Positions 48,102 through 56,192 of a stretch of DNA of 64,000 nucleotides are shown here, one piece after another. Location: the NCBI GenBank assembly GCA_035280845.1, contig DATEFB010000026.1, forward strand, positions 16,055 to 80,054, read 5' to 3'. Within the stretch, counting starts at the first letter, position 1. Every line of letters begins with the position of its first letter. The notes under the pieces were generated by a model. It ran no database searches. It saw only the letters and a list, made by a program, of their open reading frames with translations, and was not told the origin of the DNA. Origin of the DNA: Candidatus Saccharimonadales bacterium. Lineage in GTDB: Bacteria; Patescibacteriota; Saccharimonadia; Saccharimonadales; EFPC-124. A program made the position numbers and the translations under genes.

Positions 48102-48109
48102 TCGTTCCG

Positions 48110-49060
48110 TCAGTTGAGCTGGCGTCCGGTTAGATACCGGCCCGCGACCGCCAGGCGAAGCTGGGCGCCTTCACCTCTGGCGATGATGGCGAAGTTGCCA
48201 AGCTGAAGCCGATGCTCCAGACCGGGCAGCCACCAGGCGCCGGCGGGGTCCCACCACACGATCGTGTCGCTGACCGTGCTGTTGGGCGCACCGCCACCGA
48301 CGATCGGCATGGCGCCGCCGCCTTCGATTGCCGGCCTGCGCTCCCCCTGGGTGCCCGCCAGGGCATACAGGGCCGACGGGCGGACTTGCCCTACCAGGCG
48401 CACCGGTCCGACCGGTCGCGCCGGCTCGTAGCGGTACCTCCTGGGTGTAGCAGGCACAGTCGAGTAGTCGAAGTCATCGACCTGCCACTCGCCGCCCTCC
48501 CAGAAAGGCACGTTTGCGAACCGCGCGATCATGGGCGTCAGCGCATCACCGTCGTCCGGATGCGGCAGGCGCGTGAGCCCCTGCCCGCTCGCCGTACAGG
48601 CCAGCAGGTAGGTGTTCATGAAGCTGTCGCCGACATCCCAGAGGTTCTCGGGGAGGCCGAGCAGCAGCTCTACCGGCGTGTCGCTGCCCATCACCTCTCG
48701 CCAGTCGACCAGGCGAAGGAAGGGCAGCAGCGTCTTGAACCGGCCAGTGGCCTGTTCAATCTGCCTGCGCACCTCCTGCACCTCGCGCTCGCGCTGGATG
48801 TCGGAAACGGTGATGAACCGGTTGATGATGCCCGGCAGCACCTCGGCCTCGATGTCCTCGAACGCTTCGGTGATCTCACGGATGTAGGGGTTCTCGCCCG
48901 CCACGTCCGTGTGCAGGGACCGCTGAAGGCCGCGGTAGGCGTTCTTGATGATCTCCATCAATCGCGCCACCCGCTCTGGCTCTGTGAGCGACGAATCGCC
49001 CCAGATACCAGCGACGATGTACTTGGGGATACCCAGCGATTCCAGAGGGTTCCGGATCAC
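48110..49060 (-). CDS. HGC-11b: hypothetical protein with degenerate J-domain-like N-terminus (HTD instead of HPD)
   Basis: GTG at 49058-49060 overlaps the upstream stop (GTGA). N-terminus NPLESLGIP...IIKNAYRGLQRSLHTDVAGENP...EITEAFEDI parallels the J-domain helix I-III pattern. 45/60 GC on line 48361. Confidence 0.7.
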   Translation of the reverse strand: MIRNPLESLGIPKYIVAGIWGDSSLTEPERVARLMEIIKNAYRGLQRSLHTDVAGENPYIREITEAFEDIEAEVLPGIINRFITVSDIQREREVQEVRRQIEQATGRFKTLLPFLRLVDWREVMGSDTPVELLLGLPENLWDVGDSFMNTYLLACTASGQGLTRLPHPDDGDALTPMIARFANVPFWEGGEWQVDDFDYSTVPATPRRYRYEPARPVGPVRLVGQVRPSALYALAGTQGERRPAIEGGGAMPIVGGGAPNSTVSDTIVWWDPAGAWWLPGLEHRLQLGNFAIIARGEGAQLRLAVAGRYLTGRQLN

Positions 49061-49695
49061 CGGTATGCCTCCTCGTCGGTATCGCCATCGTCATCGTCAT
49101 CGCCGTCGTCGGCACCGGCGGACACCTTCTGGCGGCCGTAGGGGTCGTCGTCGTCCTCGTCCCCAGCCGGCACGCTGTGGTGCTCGCACGCGCCGGACAG
49201 CACGGAATCGGTCTGGTCGATGGTGAACGCCTGAGCGTTGGCCCATCCACCCAACCGGGTCATGTACTGTGCTGCCTGCTCTGCCGAGGCCGCGGTGAAG
49301 CCGGCCTCATTGAGCTTGTCGAACCACGCGAGCATCCGCACGAGAATAGAGTCCTCTTCGAGGCTGTTATTCGCGGCGGATTCCTCGGCGGTACGCAGAC
49401 CCGTCGCCTCCAGGCACTCGATGGCCATGTAGACGGCATCAATGCCGTAGTCGTCGATCAGACGGTCGAACCAGTCCCCCATCTGCTGCTTGTGGTAGCC
49501 CGCGGCGTCGGCCAACAGGTCGACAGCGGCCTCCGTGTTCAGCGAAGGGAACCTGCTGACGATGTCAGCGATCACGAACATCTGGGCCTTGTCCAGCAGC
49601 GCGAGGTGCTGGTCCCACGCAAGTACGGATGCCAGCGCACCCCCGGCGCGATTGACGCGGGCGGGAAGGCGCGGATCCGGCTCTTGAGCGGTCAT
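49057..49695 (-). CDS. HGC-11a: hypothetical protein with poly-Asp C-terminal tail
   Basis: ORF trimmed to MTAQEPD (ATG at 49693-49695, GGAGGA SD). The longer start would lie inside the upstream terminator hairpin. Tail is GDEDDDDPYGRQKVSAGADDGDDDDDGDTDEE. Confidence 0.7.
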   Translation of the reverse strand: MTAQEPDPRLPARVNRAGGALASVLAWDQHLALLDKAQMFVIADIVSRFPSLNTEAAVDLLADAAGYHKQQMGDWFDRLIDDYGIDAVYMAIECLEATGLRTAEESAANNSLEEDSILVRMLAWFDKLNEAGFTAASAEQAAQYMTRLGGWANAQAFTIDQTDSVLSGACEHHSVPAGDEDDDDPYGRQKVSAGADDGDDDDDGDTDEEAYR

Positions 49696-49704
49696 AGGTC
49701 CTCC

Positions 49705-49738
49705 AAAAAACGGAACTGCCACCTCGTGGTGGCAGTTC
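49705..49738 (-). terminator. intrinsic terminator of the phosphohexomutase gene
   Basis: GAACTGCCACC (49713-49723) pairs with GGTGGCAGTTC (49728-49738). On the minus strand it is followed by CGTTTTTT, which abuts the HGC-11a SD. Confidence 0.75.
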
Positions 49739-49778
49739 AGATTATAAAACGTTTTTAACGCTTTGTCTAAAGCAAATG

Positions 49779-51338
49779 TCAGACTTGCTTCTGCAGGTCA
49801 GCTTCAATCGCCCTAAAGATACCGCCCGGTTCGGCAATTGCTTTGGCTACAATCTCATCCGCCCTCTCCTGCGTGTTGGCTACGCTGTAAATGCGCAGCT
49901 GAGGGGCGTTCCCGGATGGGCGCATGTGGGCGATGTCACCGTTATCGAAGTACATCCGAACACCGTCCAGGCTATTGATCTTGGTAATGTTGCCGAATCC
50001 GTGCGCAGCACTGAAGCACTGCCCCAGAGCGGCCCGCGCCTCAGGCGTGTCTTCGCTGTAGCGCTGGATGATTTGCTTGGACACCTCTGTTGGAAAATCG
50101 TTAATCAAACCCGCCTGGGTGAAGCGCTGTGAAAGCTCATCGAAAATGCCAGATATTGGCTTGCCAGATTGAACCGCGGTAACGAGCGCCGCCGCAATTG
50201 GCAAAAAGGCATCGCGGGTTGGCAGCGCCTTTAAGGTTTTGCCATTCACCTGCAAGTCGCCGCCAATCAGGAACCCGCCATTCACCTCCCAGCCGACAAC
50301 ACGTTTGCTGCCAGCGCGAAGGGCATTATACATAACAGATACGACATAAGGGGATCCAATCTTGGTATGCTGCCAATGGATGTGGCGGTCTGTCAGATGC
50401 TTGTCTACTGCGTCACTGGCGCTCACAGGGTATCCGGCAAAATCAGCGTCAAGCCAATCAGCCACAACCGCACCCAACACATCGCCCCGGTGAAAAACGC
50501 CGGTTTCATCAATAACAAACGGCCGGTCAGCGTCGCCGTCTGCCGAAACAATGGCAAATGCGTCGGGGTGCTGCTTGGCGAGCACCTTAAAATAGGCCTG
50601 GTCGTCTGGGGTAACGTTTTCGGTATCAATGGGCACGAACTTATCGCTGCGGCCAACCGTTTCCACGGTTGCGCCCATAGCCTGCAACATGTCTACGTAC
50701 ATATCGCGGCCAACAGATGAATGCTGGTAGAGCACGACTTTTTTGCCCGCCAGCGCATCTGAATCAAAGATGTCCCTAAAACGAAGCTTGTAATCGTGGG
50801 CGGCCGTAGCATCCTCTGGTGGGAGCGTCACGTGGTGTTTCAGTGAGCCATCGCCTGAGAATTCTGATTTTTCAGCCTCAAGCGCATATAATTCAGCCCG
50901 GACTCCTGCCACCGCCTCTTTAATCGAGAGCTCGTCATCTTTTAATACTTCGCCGTCGGCCTTGTAAAACTTAATGCCGTTGCGGTCATCTGGAATGTGG
51001 CTGCCAGTAACCATAATGCAGGCCGACAGTTTAGTGAGCGCATAATACGCCACTGTTGGCGTAGGGACCAAGCCGGAATACACCACATGGTGACCACTGT
51101 CGGTGATTGCCTTGGCCATCACCTTTAAGATACGAGGGGTGCTGTCGCGCAGGTCCCCGGCCAGATACACCGTTGATGCTGGCGCCAACCCTTCCGCCTG
51201 GGCCATAAACCGCAGGAACCCGGTGGCATTTATGTAGCATTCCAAATCTGTCATGTCGGTCACCAGGCCTCGTAGGCCAGAGGTGCCAAAAGCAAGCTCT
51301 ACCGGTTGGTAGGTGAGCGTTTCCAGTAGTGTAGGCAT
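49779..51338 (-). CDS. alpha-D-phosphohexomutase family protein (phosphoglucomutase-like)
   Basis: FGTSGLRG. Active-site loop TGSHIPDDRNG. Metal loop SADGDADR. 519 aa. Confidence 0.85.
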   Translation of the reverse strand: MPTLLETLTYQPVELAFGTSGLRGLVTDMTDLECYINATGFLRFMAQAEGLAPASTVYLAGDLRDSTPRILKVMAKAITDSGHHVVYSGLVPTPTVAYYALTKLSACIMVTGSHIPDDRNGIKFYKADGEVLKDDELSIKEAVAGVRAELYALEAEKSEFSGDGSLKHHVTLPPEDATAAHDYKLRFRDIFDSDALAGKKVVLYQHSSVGRDMYVDMLQAMGATVETVGRSDKFVPIDTENVTPDDQAYFKVLAKQHPDAFAIVSADGDADRPFVIDETGVFHRGDVLGAVVADWLDADFAGYPVSASDAVDKHLTDRHIHWQHTKIGSPYVVSVMYNALRAGSKRVVGWEVNGGFLIGGDLQVNGKTLKALPTRDAFLPIAAALVTAVQSGKPISGIFDELSQRFTQAGLINDFPTEVSKQIIQRYSEDTPEARAALGQCFSAAHGFGNITKINSLDGVRMYFDNGDIAHMRPSGNAPQLRIYSVANTQERADEIVAKAIAEPGGIFRAIEADLQKQV

Positions 51339-51339
51339 A

Positions 51340-52674
51340 TTACCGTCCTATAACTTCTTTAATCTTGGCAACAAAGGTATCGAGCTCTTCCTGGCTCTCA
51401 GCCTCGGCGTTCAAGCGAATCACCGGTTCGGTGTTGCTGGCGCGAATATTAAACCATTTGGTTGGATAGTTCACGGTCAGACCGTCCAGCTCATCCTGTT
51501 CGCCATCTGCAAAAGCATCGCGTAATGTGGAAAGAGCCGCCTGGGCGTCCTCTACCTCAAAGTTGATCTCTGGGCCCATCGCGTACAGATGGTACTCGTC
51601 TACCAATTCGCTGAGCTTCTTACCGCTGTCGGCAATAGCCTGCATGGCAACTAGGGCGGTGATCAGGCCGCTGTCGGCGTCAAAATTCTCGGTAAAGAAA
51701 AAGTGGCCGGTGGTCTCGCCACCAAATGGGGCGCTCACTTCGCGCAGTTTTGCGCCAATGTACACGCGGCCAGCTTTGGTGCGCACAGGTTGGCCGCCCC
51801 ACTTCTTAATGAGCTCTATTGTAGCCCGGCTGGTGCGGACTTCGTGCACAATTTTGGCACCAGGGAACTTTTGCAGGTAGTAATGGGCAACAATGCTCAT
51901 CAGATCACTTCCAAGAACCATTCGGCCTTTGTCGTCTACAAAACCAGCACGGTCGCCATCACCGTCGAAGGCAATACCAAAGTCATACCCATTTTCGGTT
52001 ACTTTGGCGATCAGGTCGGCCAGGTTCTCTGGCTTCTGAGGGTTGGCTTCGTGGTTTGGGAATGTGCCATCCGGCTCAAAGTACATTGCTTCTACCTCGA
52101 GTGGTAATTTAGGCAAAATAGATGGCAATATAGCACCAGCCATGCCATTGCCGGCGTCGATTGCTATCTTGAACGGTTTGAGGCCAGTCACAAAGGTCAT
52201 GCAGTGTTCCACCCATTCGTCGGTAATACTGCGCTTGGTAACAGTGCCAGGAGTGGCAGCCGGTTCCTTAAACGTGCCATGCATGACCGCGTCGCGGACG
52301 GCATCGAGGCCAGAGTCTAGCCCAACAGGGGTGACTTTGTCGCGGTACAGCTTAATGCCGTTGTATTCACCGGGGTTGTGGCTAGCAGTAATAACTCCGC
52401 CGCCCGCCAGGTTGAACTTCCCGACAGCAAAATAAATCATGTCGCTGGTCACTTGGCCAATGTCCCACACGTCCCGCCCTTGCTGGCGCAGTCCCTCAAT
52501 AAACTGGGCAGCCAGATCGGCTGAGTCCGGCCGCATGTCGTGGCCGACAGCGACGACACCCTCTTGTGGCAGCCAGTCAGCAAAGGCCCGTCCAATCTGA
52601 TTACAGGTTTCGTTGCTTAGCTCTGATCCCACTTTACCGCGTATATCATACGCCTTGAAAATTGCAGCATTCAC
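51340..52674 (-). CDS. phosphomannomutase/phosphoglucomutase
   Basis: Active site TASHNPGEYNG. Metal loop FDGDGDR. 444 aa. Confidence 0.9.
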   Translation of the reverse strand: MNAAIFKAYDIRGKVGSELSNETCNQIGRAFADWLPQEGVVAVGHDMRPDSADLAAQFIEGLRQQGRDVWDIGQVTSDMIYFAVGKFNLAGGGVITASHNPGEYNGIKLYRDKVTPVGLDSGLDAVRDAVMHGTFKEPAATPGTVTKRSITDEWVEHCMTFVTGLKPFKIAIDAGNGMAGAILPSILPKLPLEVEAMYFEPDGTFPNHEANPQKPENLADLIAKVTENGYDFGIAFDGDGDRAGFVDDKGRMVLGSDLMSIVAHYYLQKFPGAKIVHEVRTSRATIELIKKWGGQPVRTKAGRVYIGAKLREVSAPFGGETTGHFFFTENFDADSGLITALVAMQAIADSGKKLSELVDEYHLYAMGPEINFEVEDAQAALSTLRDAFADGEQDELDGLTVNYPTKWFNIRASNTEPVIRLNAEAESQEELDTFVAKIKEVIGR

Positions 52675-52802
52675 TTACAAAAACTCCTTCATACGTTGCT
52701 ACGTGAATCTTTATTATACCAGTCTATTGACTTTTTAATCTGTTTGTGGTTAAATATTCACTTAGTTCAGCTTAACAATGTGTTACCGAGGAGGTGAAAG
52801 CC

Positions 52803-53195
52803 TTGAGCGCGGATCGAACGTCTGCATCCTCCTCTGGTAACCAAGGGGAAGATACGCAGATCAGTTACGACATTCGTGCACCGGTAGGGGGCCTCCGCGA
52901 TGCGGTACAGGCACTCATCGGTAACGATGCTCGTCGCTTCATCGATCTGGCAATCAGTTCGGGTCCGGGACATCGTGCCGAGGTGAGGGTCTACCCTCAC
53001 GCCGACATGCTGCACCCTGATTCGACGCGAGAGGACCTGTTCCACATCTTTGGCGCCACGTGCTACCCGCTCGTGGACGGCAAAGAGACAGGCCCGGGCA
53101 TCAGTTGCTCGGGGTACGTCAACACGCAAGTCACCATCGCACCACTAGAAACCGGGAAGCTTCGGCTTCTGTTCACCGAGGGAGATCCACTGTGA
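52803..53195 (+). CDS. HGC-12a: hypothetical protein (~130 aa)
   Basis: TTG 52803 lies 8 nt after GAGGAGG (52788-52794). The track start GTG 52794 overlaps the SD. The TGA stop overlaps the next start (GTGA). Confidence 0.6.
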   Translation: MSADRTSASSSGNQGEDTQISYDIRAPVGGLRDAVQALIGNDARRFIDLAISSGPGHRAEVRVYPHADMLHPDSTREDLFHIFGATCYPLVDGKETGPGISCSGYVNTQVTIAPLETGKLRLLFTEGDPL

Positions 53196-53839
53196 TCACA
53201 ACCATCAGCGGCGTCGACATCCCCCAGTCCTTCCAGACCAACATGGAAGCGCAGGGGATCAAGGCCGCGAGCCAGATCACCGCCTACTCCATCATCACCG
53301 AGATCAACGGCGAGATGGTGGAGCTGGTGACCCAGTGCCGTGCCGGTGCCCGCAAGGACTGGCGCGACCTCCTGGGGTTGAACCTCACGGAGGACATCGA
53401 CGCCCAGTGGGCGATGGCCTGGGTCAACGCCGACGGCTCGATCGAGACCGCTGGTCCCAACCTGGTGCTCGCCAAGCGGGCCGCCGCGAACCTGCGGAAG
53501 TACCACTTCAGCGGTGATGCTCTGCGGGTCTCGGTCGAGAACACCAACGACCACGACGCGCCGTTCGCCTTCTTCGGGGAGACCCTGGAGGGTGACCGCG
53601 ACGTCGCCGTCTACGAGGGCACCGACCTCCGTCCGTACGAGCGCGCCTTCGTCGGCGAGCTGTACGGCGTCGAGCCCACCGCCCCCTGGGGCATGGCCTG
53701 GCAGCCGGTTTCCATCCCCTGCGCGACGGGGGAGGACGGCGAGAACCCGGAGCCGGAGTTCCACCGCGTGATCGTGGCCGTCGGCACCTCGACGGAGCAC
53801 GCCTACCAGGCGTTCCGCGACCTCGCCGTCTGCAACTGA
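53192..53839 (+). CDS. HGC-12b: hypothetical protein (215 aa)
   Basis: GTG 53192 is in frame with ORF 53060-53839 and preceded by GAGGGAG. 42/60 GC on line 53581. TGA stop. Confidence 0.65.
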   Translation: MITTISGVDIPQSFQTNMEAQGIKAASQITAYSIITEINGEMVELVTQCRAGARKDWRDLLGLNLTEDIDAQWAMAWVNADGSIETAGPNLVLAKRAAANLRKYHFSGDALRVSVENTNDHDAPFAFFGETLEGDRDVAVYEGTDLRPYERAFVGELYGVEPTAPWGMAWQPVSIPCATGEDGENPEPEFHRVIVAVGTSTEHAYQAFRDLAVCN

Positions 53840-53865
53840 CGCGCTTCCCCGCACCAAGCTGAGCA

Positions 53866-53908
53866 CACCCCGGCAGCCGTTTCCCTCGTGGATTCGGAAG
53901 CCGGGGTG
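53866..53908 (+). terminator. GC-rich hairpin after the HGC-12 operon
   Basis: CACCCCGGC (53866-53874) pairs with GCCGGGGTG (53900-53908). Confidence 0.55.
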
Positions 53909-53945
53909 CGTTCATATCTGGGCATAAAACTGATAAGATGAACCT

Positions 53946-54926
53946 ATGCAATGGACAGAAGGCATCCCCGGCCAGGAATGGGATACGACACTAAGCCTCG
54001 CAGGGGGTCACTTTTTACAAACCAGCCATTGGGCAGCCTTCCAGCATGCCATCGGTCGCAGGGTGTTTTACGCCTACGGCACAAGTTGGCAGTGCATGGC
54101 CATCCTCGAACAATCCCGAACTGGCACCCGCCTGTATTGCCCCTACGGACCGCTCGCCAAGAGCCCCAAAAGCTTCGCACAAGCGCTTGAGGCCCTCCGC
54201 CAGCTCGCCCGCCAGCAAAAAGCCGTCCTTGTACGTATTGAACCAATTGTAAAGACCAGTGGCGCACAGATGCGTGAACTGGGCTTAAAGGCCGCACTGA
54301 AGGATATCCAGCCTCGCCTCACCTGGGTGCAGGACCTCACAAAATCGCAGGAAGAGCTTCTGGCCGACATGACAGCTACGAACCGTAATCTCTGGCGCAA
54401 TCACACGTCCAAGGGGTTAAAACTGCGCGTCAGCAGCAAGCACGCCGACATGCGCCATTTTATAGATATGATGCGCGAGGTAGCTGGCCGCAACCACATT
54501 CTGCAGCACTCCGACATCTATTACCGCACCATGGCCAAGGTACTTATGGAGCGTGGCGCAGGTAAGCTCTATCTGGCCGAGCACGAGGGCAAGCCCGTTG
54601 CCAGTGCCTTTTGCTTCGATAGCCCGACCACCCGCTATTACGCCCATGCCGCCGCCAGGTTCGAAGCCCGCAAACTCCACCCAGGCACCCCACTGCTTGC
54701 CGAAATGATCTTTGACGCCCAGGTAGAGGGTAAACAACAGTTTGATTTTGTTGGCGTCGCCCCGGCCGACGCTCCAGATACGCACCGCTGGAAGGGCCTG
54801 ACTAAGTTCAAGCAGTCCTTCGGAGGCGATTACAAAGCATACCACGGCACCTGGGAACTACCAGTGCGGCCATTGCGTTACGGTGTCTACAGGGCCGCCT
54901 ACCAGATCAAAAAAGCGCTCCGCTAG
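53946..54926 (+). CDS. FemAB-family peptidoglycan interpeptide-bridge aminoacyltransferase
   Basis: 326 aa. N-terminus ...GGHFLQTSHWAAFQ and C-terminal KGLTKFKQSFGG are typical of FemX/FemAB proteins. Confidence 0.8.
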   Translation: MQWTEGIPGQEWDTTLSLAGGHFLQTSHWAAFQHAIGRRVFYAYGTSWQCMAILEQSRTGTRLYCPYGPLAKSPKSFAQALEALRQLARQQKAVLVRIEPIVKTSGAQMRELGLKAALKDIQPRLTWVQDLTKSQEELLADMTATNRNLWRNHTSKGLKLRVSSKHADMRHFIDMMREVAGRNHILQHSDIYYRTMAKVLMERGAGKLYLAEHEGKPVASAFCFDSPTTRYYAHAAARFEARKLHPGTPLLAEMIFDAQVEGKQQFDFVGVAPADAPDTHRWKGLTKFKQSFGGDYKAYHGTWELPVRPLRYGVYRAAYQIKKALR

Positions 54927-54935
54927 GGGCGCTTT

Positions 54936-56162
54936 TTACGACAAGTGCTGTTCGAGCTGTTGCGCGTCATTCCAGGGCTGTCGCTCCAGTCCAAGCTGTC
55001 GGTATGGGCGCTGGGTAGAAGCTAAAATGACAAGGGTGTCTCCCCGCCGGGCAATACTCAGGGCTTTCTCGAGCGCCTCGGCGCGGTCGGCGACTTCTTC
55101 GGTGCGAGCATCCGCCCCTGCGGCCACAACCCCTTCCAGTAGCTGCTGGCGAACCGTCACTGGACTTTCCTCGGCCGTATATTCCCCATCTGTAATAATC
55201 AGCCGATCTGACTGGGCGGCGAGCTCACCGATCTGTTGGCGCCACTCCGGAGTCACCAGCAAGCTAGCTCCCACCACAGCCAGTAAACGGTTTTTTGTAA
55301 AATGCTTCAGCGTTTCGAGCGTTTCTGCCACACCGTCTGGAGTTGTGTTGCCATCTATAACAATCTGATACGGCCGGTTAGCGGGTATATATTGCAACGC
55401 GCCGGGCTGATCTGTTACCGCTGCAATCCCATCTTCTATGGAACCGATCGGTATATGTAACATGTAGGCGGCTGCGGCTGCGGCGACCACACTGTAAGTG
55501 GCCGTCTTGCCAGTTAAAGACGTCGTCAGGTTAATGTCGGTTTGGTGGTCAACCACTAACGAAATAGCACTCCCCTTGGGGTGGATCTGGACGCCGCCAA
55601 TCTTGCATTCGGCTTTTTCGTGGGTGCCGTAGGTCATGGTAGCCGTCTCGTGCAATCCTGCAGGCAACGCGTAACATGGGTCATCACGGTTTAGAACTAC
55701 TTGGGCTGGATGCAAGCCAAGCAGCTTGCGCCAGATGGCACGGCGCGCAGTATTACTGGCTTCATTCAGATGCGAATCACCACAGCGGCGCATAACCAAA
55801 AGTGTCGGCTGCAAACCGGCAAACCCATGGGCCGGTAACTGGGGCGGCACCTCGATCAGGATATAATTGCAGCCAGCCCGCCGCATCTGAGCCAACAGGG
55901 CCTGCATGCGGAACGGGTCGCCCAAGACATCTGCCTGGTCACTCCCTTCGGCCCGCTCGCCTGCGATCTCGACAAACTGGGCCGAGATAATGCCGACCTT
56001 TGCACCCTGCTTGCGCACAATCCGGCTGATGCACTCAATAGTCAGCTGGCCGCCATCTGGTCCGGCAACCATAATAATTTGCATACGCCGTGCCGGGTAC
56101 CGATGCGTCACGGCCGCGGCATGGGCTTGCACCTTTGTCGTCAGTGAATTCAAAACCCCCAT
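54936..56162 (-). CDS. Mur ligase-family paralog with degenerate ATP-binding P-loop
   Basis: Overall MurE/MurF-like layout (central and C-terminal domains, ...DGNTTPDG..., ...IITDGEYTAEE...). Has VAGPDGGQLT where GTNGKTT is expected. Confidence 0.7.
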   Translation of the reverse strand: MGVLNSLTTKVQAHAAAVTHRYPARRMQIIMVAGPDGGQLTIECISRIVRKQGAKVGIISAQFVEIAGERAEGSDQADVLGDPFRMQALLAQMRRAGCNYILIEVPPQLPAHGFAGLQPTLLVMRRCGDSHLNEASNTARRAIWRKLLGLHPAQVVLNRDDPCYALPAGLHETATMTYGTHEKAECKIGGVQIHPKGSAISLVVDHQTDINLTTSLTGKTATYSVVAAAAAAYMLHIPIGSIEDGIAAVTDQPGALQYIPANRPYQIVIDGNTTPDGVAETLETLKHFTKNRLLAVVGASLLVTPEWRQQIGELAAQSDRLIITDGEYTAEESPVTVRQQLLEGVVAAGADARTEEVADRAEALEKALSIARRGDTLVILASTQRPYRQLGLERQPWNDAQQLEQHLS

Positions 56163-56192
56163 AGCTATATCTATGATAGCAAAGGTGGCAAG

